A stretch of 64,000 nucleotides of DNA from Eledone cirrhosa (Eukaryota). The stretch covers positions 48,236,001 through 48,300,000 of the forward strand of contig OZ024740.1 of assembly GCA_964016885.1 (NCBI GenBank), in the 5' to 3' direction. The translations under genes were made by a program, and so were the position numbers. Under the pieces are notes generated by a model. It worked only from the letters and a program-made list of their open reading frames with translations. It was not told where the DNA came from and did no database searches. Shown here piece by piece: positions 50,101 to 62,100 of this stretch. Every line of letters begins with the position of its first letter. The stretch's first letter is position 1.

Positions 50101-53100
50101 AGTACTACCTTCACCACTGTCTCTATCTTCCATTACTCCCTCCACCACTGTCTCTACCTTCCAGTACTGCCTCCATCACTGTCTCTATCTTCCAGTACTC
50201 CCTCCTGAACTGTCTCTATCTCCCAGTACTCCCTCCATCACTGTCTCTCTTCCAGTACTCCCTCCATCAATGTCACTCTCTTCCTGTACTACCTTCATCG
50301 CTGTCTCTCTTCCACTATTCCCTCCAGCACTGTCTTTCTCTTCCAGTACTCCCTCCATCACTCTCTCTCTCTCTCTTCCAGTACTGCCTCTATCACTGCC
50401 TCTCTCTAATAGTAATCCCTCTAACACTGTCTCTCTCTTCCAGTACTCCCTCCATCATTGTGTCTCTCTTCCAGTACTCCCTCTAACACTTCTCTATCTT
50501 ACAGTACTCCCTCCATCACAGTCTCTCTCTTCCAGTACTCGCTCCAACACTGTCTCTATCTTCCAGTACTCCCACCAACACTGTCTCTCTCTTCCAGTAC
50601 TCCCTCCATAATGTCTCTCTCTTCCAGTACTCACTCATCACTGTATGTGCCTTCCAGTACACCCTCAATCACTGTCTCTCTCTTCCAGTACTCCCTCCAC
50701 CACTGTCTCTATCTTCCAGTACTCCGTCCATCACTGTCTCTCTCTTCCAGTACTCCCTCCATCACGGTCTCTCTATTCCAGTACTCCCTCCAACATTGTC
50801 TCTATCCTCCAGTACTCTCTCCAACACTGTCTCTATCTTCCAGTACTCCCTCCATCACTGTCTCTCTCTTCCAGTACTCCCTCCAGCACTGTCTCTCTCT
50901 TCTAGTACTCTCTCCAACACTGTCTCTATCTTCCAGTACTCCCTCCATCACTGTCTCGCTCTTCAGTACTCCCGCCATCACTGTCACTCTCTTCCAGTAC
51001 TCCGTCCAACACTGTCTCTATCTTCCACTACTCCCTCCAACACTGTCTCTATATTCCAGTACTCCCTCAATCACTGCCTCTCTCTGCCAGTACTCCCTCC
51101 ATCACGGTCTTTCTATTCCAGTACTCCCTCCAACATTGTCTCTATCTTCCAGTACTGCCTCCAACAGTGTCGCTATCTTCCAGTACTCACTCTAACACTT
51201 GTCTATCTTCCAGTACTCCCTCCAACACTGTCTCTATCTTCCAGTACTCCCTCCATCACTGTCTCGCTCTTCAGTACTCCCGACATCACTTTCACTCTCT
51301 TCCAGTACTCCCTCCAACACTCTCTCTATCTTCCACTACTCCCTCCAACATTTTCTCTATCTTCCAGTACTCCCTCAATCACTGTCTCTCTCTTCTAGTA
51401 CTCCCTCCAACACTGTCTCTATCTTCCAGTACTTCATCCATCACTGTCGCACTCTTCCAGTACTCTCTCCATCACTGTCTTTCTCTTCCAGTACTCCCTC
51501 CATCACTGTCTCTCTCTTACAGTACTCTCTCCATCACTGTAGCTCTCTTCCAGTACTCCCTCCACCACTGTCTCTTTTACAGTACTCCCTCCACCACTGT
51601 CTCTATCTCCCAGTACTCCCTCCAACACTGTCTCTATCTTCTAGTACTCCCTCTAACACTTCTCTATCTTCCAGTACTACCTCCATCACAGTCTCTCTCT
51701 TCCAGTACTCCCTCCAACACTGTCTCAATCTTCCAGTTCTCCCTCCAACACTGTCTCTCTCTTGCAGTACTCCCTCCATCACAGTCTCTCTCTTCCAGTA
51801 CTCGCTCCAACACTGTCTCTATCTTCCAGTACTCCCTCCAACACTGTGTCTCTCTTCCAGTACTCCCTCCATCACTGTCTCTATCTTCCAGTACGCCCTC
51901 CACCACTGTCTCTCTCTCCCATTACTCCCTTCACCACTGTCTCTCTTCCTGTACTCCCTCCATCGCTGTCTGTCTGCCACTACTCCCTCCAGCACTGTCT
52001 TTCTCTTCCAGTTCATCATCCATCACTGTCTCTCTCTTCCAGTACTCCCTCTAACACTTCTCTATCTTACAGTACTCCCTCCATCACAGTCTCTCTCTTC
52101 CAGTACTCGCTCCAACACTGTCTCTATCTTCCAGTACTCCCTCCAGCACTGTCTCTATCTCCCAGTACGCCCTCCACCACTGTCTCTCTCTCCCATTACT
52201 CCCTCCACCACTGTCTCTCTTCCTGTACTCCCTCCATCGCTGTCTCTCTTTCACTACTCCCTCCAGCACTGTCTTTCTCTTCCAGTACTCCATCCAACAC
52301 TGTCTCTATCTTCCAGTACTCCCTCCATCACTGTCTCTCTCTTCTAGTACTCCCTCTAACACTTCTCTATCTTACAGTACTCCCTCCATCACAGTCTCTC
52401 TCTTCCAGTACTCCCCCCAACACTGTCTCTATCTTCCAGTACTCCCTCCAACACTGTCTCTCTCTTCCTGTACTCCCTCCATCAACTGTCTGTATCTTCC
52501 AGTACTCCCTTCATCGCTGTCTCTCTTCCACTACTCCCTCAGACACTGTCTCTATCTCCCAGTAATCCCTCCACCACTGTCTCTCTCTCCCATTACTCAC
52601 TCCACCACTGTCTCTCTTCCAGTACTCCCTCATACACTGTCTCTCTTCCACTACTCCCTCCAACACTGACTCTATCTTCCAGTACTCCCACCATCACAGT
52701 CTCTCTCTTCCAGTACGCCCTCAAACACTGTCTCTATCTTCCAGTACTCCCTCCATCGCTGTCTCTATCTTTCAGTACTCCCTCCATCACAGATTCTCTC
52801 TTCCAGTACTCCCTCCAACACTGTCTCCATCTTCCAGTACTCCCTCCAACACTGTCTCTCTCTTGCAGTACTCCCTCCAACACTGTCTCTATCTTCCAGT
52901 ATTCCTGCTAACACTTGTCTATCTTCCAGTACTCCCTCCATCACTGTCTCTCTCTTCCAGTACTCCCTCCATAACTATCTCTCTCTTCAGTACTCCCGCC
53001 ATCACAGTCTCTCTCTTCCAGTACTCCCTCCAACACTGTCTCTTTCTTCCAGTACTCCTTCCATCGCTGTCTCTCTTCCACTACTCCCTCCATCAACTGT

Positions 53101-56100
53101 CTGTATCTTCCAGTACTCCATCCACCACTGTCTCTCTCTTCCAGTACTCCCTCCAACACTGTCTCTATCTCCCAGTAATCCCTCCAATCACTGTCTCTCT
53201 CTTCCAGTACTCCATCCAACACTGTCTCTATCTCCCAGTAATCCCTCCATCACTGTCTCTATCTTCCAGTACGCCCTCCACCACTGTCTCTCTCTCTCCC
53301 ATTACTCACTACACCACTGTCTATCTTCTAGTACTCCCTCCATCACTGTCACTTTCTTTCTGTACTCCCTCCATCGCTGTCTCTCTTCCACTCCTCCCTC
53401 CAAAACTGACTCTATCTTCCAGTACTCCCTCCATCACAGTCTCTCTCTTCCAGTACGCCCTCAAACACTGTCTCTATCTTCCAGTACTCCCTCCAACACT
53501 GTCTCTATCTTCCAGTACTCCCTCCATCGCTGTCTCCATCTTCCAGTACTCCCTCCATCACAGACTCTCTCTTCCAGTACTCCCTCCAACACTGTCTCTA
53601 TCTTCCAGTACTCCCGCCAACACTGTCTCTCTCTTCCAGTACAACCTCCATCGCTGTCTCTATCTTCCAGTACTCCCTCCATCACAGACTCTCTCTTCCA
53701 GTACTCCCTCCAACACTGTCTCTATCTTCCAGTACTCCCGCCAACACTGTCTCTCTCTTCCAGTACAACCTCCATCGCTGTCTCTATCTTCCAGTACTCC
53801 CCCATCACAGACTCTCTCTTCCCGTACTCCCGCCAACACTGTCTCTCTCTTGCAGTACTCCCGCTAACACTTGTCTATCTTCCAGTACTCCCTCCCTCAC
53901 TGTCTCTCTCTTCCAGTGCTCCCTCCATAACTATCTCTCTCTTCCAGTACTCCCGCCATCACTGTCTCTCTCTTCCAGTACTCCCTCCAACACTGTCTCT
54001 ATCTTCCAGTACTCCCGCCATCACTGTCTCTCTCTTCCAGTACTCCCTCCAACACTGACTCTATCTTCCAGTACTCCCTCCATCACAGTCTCTCTCTTCC
54101 AGTACGCCCTCAAACACTGTCTCTATCTTCCAGTACTCCCTCCAACACTGTCTCTCTCTTCCAGTGCTCCCTCCATCAACTGTCTGTATCTTCCAGTACT
54201 CCCTCCATCTCTGTCTCTCTCTTCCAGTACTCCCTCCAACACTGTCTCTATCTTCCAGTACTCCCTCCATCACTGTCTCTCTCTTCCAGTACTCACTCCA
54301 GCACTGTTTCTCTCTTCCAGTACTCCCTCCAACGCTGTCTCTATATTCCAGTACTACCTACATCACTGTCTCTCTCTTCTAGTACTCCCTCCATCACTGT
54401 CTCTCTCTTCCAGTACTCCCTCCAACACAGTCTCTCTCTTCCAGTACTACCTTCACGACTGTCTCTATCTTCCATTACTCCCTCCACCACTGTCTCTACA
54501 TTCCAGTACTCCCTGCATCACTGTCTCTATCTTCCAGTACTCCCTCCTGAACTGTCTCTATCTCCCAGTACTCCCTCCATCACTTTCTCTCTATCCGATT
54601 ACTCCCTCCACCACTGTCTCTCTTCCAGTACTCCCTCCATCACTGTCACTCTCTTCCTGTACTACCTTCATCGCTGTCTCTCTTCCACTATTCCCTCCAG
54701 CACTGTCTTTCTCTTCAGGTACTCCCTCCATCACTCTCTCTCTCTCTCTCTTCCAGTACTGCCTCCATCACTGCCTCTCTCTTATAGTAATCCCTCTAAC
54801 ACTGTCTCTCTCTTCCAGTACTCCCTCCATCACTGTCTCTCTTCCAGTACTCCCTCTAACACTTCTCTATCTTACAGTACTCCCTCCATCACAGTCTCTC
54901 TCTTCCAGTACTCGCTCCAACACTGTCTCTATCTTCCAGTACTCCCACCAACACTCTCTCTCTTTCAGTACTCCCTCCATCACTGTCTCTCTCTTCCAGT
55001 ACTTACTCATCACTGTCTGTGCCTTCCAGTAATCCCTCCACCACTGTCTCTCTCTTCCAGTACTCCCTCCAACACTGTCTCTATCTTCCAGTACTCCTTC
55101 CATCGCTGTCTCTCTTCCACTACTCCCTCCATCAACTGTCTGTATCTTCCAGTACTCCATCCACCACTGTCTCTCTCTTCCAGTACTCGCTCCAATCACT
55201 GTCTCTCTCTTCCAGTACTCCATCCAACACTGTCTCTATCTCCCAGTAATCCCTCCATCACTGTCTCTATCTTCCAGTACGCCCTCCACCACTGTCTCTC
55301 TCTCTCCCATTACTCACTCCACCACTATCTCTCTTCCAGTACTCCCTCCATCACTGTCACTCTCTTCCTGTACTCCCTCCATCGCTGTCTCTCTTCCACT
55401 CCTCCCTCCAACACTGACTCTATCTTCCAGTACTCCCTCCATCACAGTCTCTCTCTTCCAGTACGCCCTCAAACACTGTCTCTATCTTCCAGTACTCCCT
55501 CCAACACTGTCTCTATCTTCCAGTACTCCCTCCATCGCTGTCTCCATCTTCCAGCACTCCCTCCATCACAGACTCTCTCTTCCAGTACTCCCTCCAACAC
55601 TGTCTCTATCTTCCAGTACTCCCGCCAACACTGTCTCTCTCTTCCAGTACAACCTCCATCGCTATCTCTATCTTCCAGTACTCCCTCCAGCACAGACTCT
55701 CTCTTCCAGTACTCCCTCCAACACTGTCTCTATCTTCCACTACTCCCTCCAACACTGACTCTATCTTCCAGTACTCCCTCCATCACAGTCTCTCTCTTCC
55801 AGTACGCCCTCAAACACTGTCTCTATCTTCCAGTACTCCCTCCAACACTGTCTCTCTCTTCCAGTGCTCCCTCCATCAACTGTCTGTATCTTCCAGTACT
55901 CCTTCCATCACTGTCTCTCTCTTCCAGTACTCCCTCCAACACTGTCTCTATCTTCCAGTACTCCCTCCATCACTGTCTCTCTCTTCCAGTACTCCTTCCA
56001 GCACTGTCTCTCTCTTCCAATACTCCCCCCAATACTGTCTCTATCTTCCAGTACTCCCGCCAAGACTGTCTCTATCTTCCAGTACTCCCTCCATCACTGT

Positions 56101-59100
56101 CTCTCTCTTCCAGTACTCACTCCAGCACTGTTTCTCTCTTCCAGTACTCCCTCCAACGCTGTCTCTATATTCCAGTACTACCTACATCACTGTCTCTCTC
56201 TTCTAGTACTCCCTCCATCACTGTCTCTCTCTTCCAGTACTCCCTCCAACACAGTCTCTCTCTTCCAGTACTACCTTCACGACTGTCTCTATCTTCCATT
56301 ACTCCCTCCACCACTGTCTCTACCTTCCAGTACTCCCTCCATCACTGTCTCTATCTTCCAGTACTCCCTCCTGAACTGTCTCTATCTCCCAGTACTCCCT
56401 CCATCACTTTCTCTCTATCCGATTACTCCCTCCACCACTGTCTCTCTTCCAGTACTCCCTCCATCACTGTCACTCTCTTCCTGTACTACCTTCATCGCTG
56501 TCTCTCTTCCACTATTCTCTCCAGCACTGTCTTTCTCTTCAGGTACTCCCTCCATCACTCTCTCTCTCTCTCTTCCAGTACTGCCTCCATCACTGCCTCT
56601 CTCTTATAGTAATCCCTCTAACACTGTCTCTCTCTTCCAGTACTCCCTCCATCACAGTCTCTCTCTTCCAGTACTCGCTCCAACACTCTCTCTATCTTCC
56701 AGTACTCCCACCAACACTCTCTCTCTTCCAGTACTCCCTCCATCACTGTCTCTCTCTTCCAGTACTCACTCATCTCTGTCTGTGCCTTCCAGTACTGCCT
56801 CAATCACTGTCTCTCTCTTCCAGTAATCCCTCCACCACTGTCTCTATCTCCCAGTACTCCCTCCAGCACTGTCTCTCTCTCCAGTACTCCATCCAACACT
56901 GTCTCTATCTTCCAGTACTCCCTCCATCACTGTCTCTCTCTTCCAGTACTCCCTCCATCACGGTCTCTCTATTCCAGTACTCCCTCCAACATTGTCTCTA
57001 TCTTCCAGTACTCCCTCCAACACTGTCTCTATCTTCCAGTACTCACTCTAACACTTGTCTATCTTCCAGTACTCCCTCCAACACTGTCTCTCTCTTCCAG
57101 TACTCCCTGCAGCACTGTCTCTCTCTTCCAGTACTCTCTCCAACACTGTCTCTATCTTCCAGTACTCCCTCCATCACCGTCTCGCTCTTCCAATATTCCC
57201 GCTAACACTTGTCTATCTTCCAGTACTCCCTCCATCACTGTCTCTCTCTTCCAGTACTCCCTCCATAACTATCTCTCTCTTCAGTACTCCCGCCATCACT
57301 GTCTCTCTCTTCCAGTACTACCTCCAACACTGTCTCTATCTTCCAGTACTCCTTCCATCGCTGTCTCTCTTCCACTACTCCCTCCAACACTGACTCTATC
57401 TTCCAGTACTCCCTCCATCACAGTCTCTCTCTTCCAGTACGCCCTCAAACACTGTCTCTATCTTCCAGTACTCCCTCCAACACTGTGTCTCTCTTGCAGT
57501 GCTCCCTCCATCAACTGTCTGTATCTTCCAGTACTCCCTCCAACACTGTCTCTATCTTACAGTACTCCCTCGATCACTGTCTCTCTCTTCCAGTACTCAC
57601 TCCAGCACTGTTTCTCTCTTCCAGTACTCCCTCCAACGCTGTCTCTATATTCCAGTACACCCTAAATCACTGTCTCTCTCTTATAGTACTCCCTCCAACA
57701 CTGTCTCTATCTTCCAGTACTTCCTCCATCACTGTATCTCTCTTCCAGTACTCCCTCCATCACTCTCTCTCTTTTCCAGTACTCCCCCAGCACTGTCTCT
57801 CTTCCAGTACTCCCTCCACCACTGTCTCTCTCTTCCATGACTCCCTCCACCACTGTCTCTCTTCCAATACTCTCTCCAACACTGTCTCTATCTTCCAGTA
57901 CTCCCTCCAACACTGTCTCTCTCTTCCAGTACTCCCTCCATTACTGTCTCTCTTTTCCAGTACTCTCTCCATCACTGTATCTCTCTTTCAGTAGTCCCTC
58001 CAACACTGTCTCTCTTTTTGTACTCCCTCCAGCACTGTCTCTAAATTCCAGTACTCCCTCCACCACGGTCTCTCTTTTCTAGTACTCCCTCCACCACTGT
58101 CTCTCTCTTCCAGTACTCCCTCTAACACTGTCTCTATCTTCCAGTACTCCCTCCAACACTGCCTCTCTCTTCCAGTACTCGCTCCATCACAGTCTCGCTC
58201 TTCCAATACTCCCTCCACCACTGTCTCTCTCTTCCAGTACTCCCTCTAACACTGTCTCTATCTTCCAGTACTCCCTCCAACACTGTCTCTCTCTTCCAGT
58301 ACTACCTCCATCACAGTCTCGCTCTTCCAGTACTCCTTCCACCACTGTCTCTCTCTTCCAGTACTCCCTCTAACACCGTCTCTATCTTCCAGTACTCCCT
58401 CCAACACTGTCTCTCTCTTCCAGTACTACCTCCAACACTGCCTCTCTCTTCCAGTACTCCCTCCAACACAGTCTCTCTCTTCCAGTACTACCTTCACCAC
58501 TGTCTCTATCTTCCATTACTCCCTCCACCACTGTCTCTACCTTGCAGTACTCCCTCCATCACTGTCTCTATCTTCCAGTACTCCCTCCTGAACTGTCTCT
58601 ATCTCCCAGTACTCCCTCCATCACGGTCTCTCTATCCGATTACTCCCTCCATCACTGTCACTCTTTTCCTGTACTACCTTCATCGCTGTCTCTCTTCCAT
58701 TATTCCCTCCAGCACTATCTTTCTCTTCCAGTACTCCCTCCATCACTCTCTCTCTCTCTCTTCCAGTACTGCCTCCATCACTGCCTCTCTGTTATAGTAA
58801 TCCCTCTAACACTGTCTCTCTTCCAGTACTCCCTCCATCACTGTGTCTCTTTTCCAGTACTCCCTCTAACACTTCTCTATCTTACAGTACTCCCTCCATC
58901 ACAGTCTCTCTCTCTTCCAGTACTCGCTCCAACACTGTCTCTATCTTCCAGTACTCCCTCCAACACTGTCTCTCTCTTCCAGTACTCCGTCCATCACTGT
59001 CTCTCTCTTCCAGTACTCACTCATCACTGTCTGTGCCTTCCAGTACTCCCTCAATCACTCACTCTCTCTCTCCTCCAGTACTGCCTCCATCACTGCCTCT

Positions 59101-62100
59101 ATCTTTTAGTAATCCCTCTAACACTGTCTCTCTACCAGTACTCCCTCCATCACTGTGTCTCTCTTCCAGTACTCCCTCTAACACTTCTCTATCTTCCAGT
59201 TCTCCCTCCATCACTGTATCTATCTTCCAGTACTCCCTCCAACACTGTCTCTATCTCCCAGTACTACCTCCAGCACTGTCTCTATCTCCCAGTACGCCCT
59301 CCACCACTGTCTCTCTTCCAGTACTCCCTCCATCATTGTCACTCTCTTCCTGTACTCCCTCCATCGCTGTCTGTCTTCCACTACTCCCTCCAGCACTGTC
59401 TTTCTCTTCCAGTACTCCATCCATCACTGTCTCGCTCTTCCAGTACTCCCTCTAACACGTCTCTATCTTACACTACTCCCTCCAGCACTGTCTCTATCTC
59501 CCAGTACTCCCTCCAACACTGTCTCTATCTTCCAGTACTCCCTCCATCACTGTCACTCTCTTCCTGTACTCCCTCCATCGCTGTCTCTCTTCCACTCCTC
59601 CCTCCAACACTGACTCTATCTTCCAGTACTTCCTCCATCACAGTCTCTCTCTGCCAGTACGCCCTCAAACACTGTCTCTATCATCCAGTACTCCCTCCAA
59701 CACTGTCTCTATCTTCCAGTACTCCCTCCATCGCTGTCTCCATCTTCCAGTACTCCCTCCATCACAGACTCTCTCTTCCAGTACTCCCTCCAACACTGTC
59801 TCTCTCTTCCAGTACTCCCTGCAGCACTGTCTCTCTCTTCCAGTACTCTCTCCAACACTGTCTCTATCTTCCAGTACTCCCTCCATCACCGTCTCGCTCT
59901 TCCAGTATTCCCGCTAACACTTGTCTATCTTCCAGTACTCCCTCCATCACTGTCTTTCTCTTCCAGTACTCCCTCCATAACTATCTCTCTCTTCAGTACT
60001 CCCGCCATCACTGTCTCTCTCTTCCAGTACTACCTCCAACACTGTCTCTATCTTCCAGTACTCCTTCCATCGCTGTCTCTCTTCCACTACTCCCTCCAAC
60101 ACTGACTCTATCTTCCAGTACTCCCTCCATCACAGTCTCTCTCTTCCAGTACGCCCTCAAACACTGTCTCTATCTTCCAGTACTCCCTCCAACACTGTGT
60201 CTCTCTTGCAGTGCTCCCTCCATCAACTGTCTGTATCTTCCAGTACTCCCTCCATCACTGTCTCTCTCTTCCAGTACTCCCTCCAACACTGTCTCTATCT
60301 TACAGTACTCCCTCGATCACTGTCTCTCTCTTCCAGTACTCACTCCAGCACTGTTTCTCTCTTCCAGTACTCCCTCCAACGCTGTCTCTATATTCCAGTA
60401 CACCCTAAATCACTATCTCTCTCTTATAGTACTCCCTCCAACACTGTCTCTATCTTCCAGTACTTCCTCCATCACTGTATCTCTCTTCCAGTACTCCCTC
60501 CATCACTCTCTCTCTCTCTCTTCCAGTACTGCCTCCATCACTACCTCTCTGTTATAGTAATCCCTCTAACACTGTCTCTCTTCCAGTACTCCCTCCATCA
60601 CTGTGTCTCTCTTCCAGTACTCCCTCTAACACTTCTCTATCTTACAGTACTCCCTCCATCACAGTCTCTCTCTCTTCCAGTACTCGCTCCAACACTGTCT
60701 CTATCTTCCAGTACTCCCTCCAACACTGTCTCTCTCTTCCAGTACTCCGTCCATCACTGTCTCTCTCTTCCAGTACTCACTCATCACTGTCTGTGCCTTC
60801 CAGTACTCCCTCAATCACTCTCTCTCTCTCTCTTCCAGTACTGCCTCCATCACTGCCTCTATCTTATAGTAATCCCTCTAACACTGTCTCTCTTCCAGTA
60901 CTCCCTCCATCACTGTGTCTCTCTTCCAGTACTCCCTCTAACACTTCTCTATCTTCCAGTTCTCCCTCCATCACTGTATCTATCTTCCAGTACTCCCTCC
61001 AACACTGTCTCTATCTCCCAGTACTACCTCCAGCACTGTCTCTATCTCCCAGTACGCCCTCCACCACTGTCTCTCTTCCAGTACTCCCTCCATCATTGTC
61101 ACTCTCTTCCTGTACTCAATCCATCGATGTCTGTCTTCCACTACTCCCTCCAGCACTGTCTTTCTCTTCCAGTACTCCATCCATCACTGTCTCGCTCTTC
61201 CAGTACTCCCTCTAACACTTCTCTATCTTACACTACTCCCTCCAGCACTGTCTCTATCTCCCAGTACACCCTCCAACACTGTCTCTATCTTCCAGTACTC
61301 CCTCCATCACTGTCACTCTCTTCCTGTACTCCCTCCATCGCTGTCTCTCTTCCACTCCTCCCTCCAACACTGACTCTATCTTCCAGTACTCCCTCCAACA
61401 CTGTCTCTCTCTTCCAGTACAACCTCCATCGCTGTCTCTATCTTCCAGTACTCCCTCCATCACAGACTCTCTCTTCCAGTACTCCCTCCAACACTGACTC
61501 TATCTTCCAGTACTCCCTCCATCACAGTCTCTCTCTTCCAGTACGCCCTCAAACACTGTCTCTATCTTCCAGTACTCCCTCCAACACTGTCTCTCTATTC
61601 CAGTGCTCCCTCCATCAACTGTCTGTATCTTCCAGTACTCCTTCCATCACTGTCTCTCTCTTCCAGTACTCCCTCCAACACTGTCTCTATCTTCCAGTAC
61701 TCCCTCCATCACTGTCTCTCTCTTCCAGTACTCCTTCCAGCACTGTCTCTCTCTTCCAATACTCCCCCCAATACTGTCTCTATCTTCCAGTACTCCCTCC
61801 AAGACTGTCTCTATCTTCCAGTACTCCCTCCATCACTGTCTCTCTCTTCCAGTACTCACTCCAGCACTGTTTCTCTCTTCCAGTACTCCATTCAACGCTG
61901 TCTCTATATTCCAGTACTACCTACATCACTGTCTCTCTCTTCCAGTACTCCCTCCAACACAGTCTCTCTCTTCCAGTACTACCTTCACGACTGTCTCTAT
62001 CTTCCATTACTCCCTCCACCACTGTCTCAACCTTCCAGTACTCCCTCCATCACTGTCTCTATCTTCCAGTACTCTCTTCATCACTGTCTCTCTATCCGAT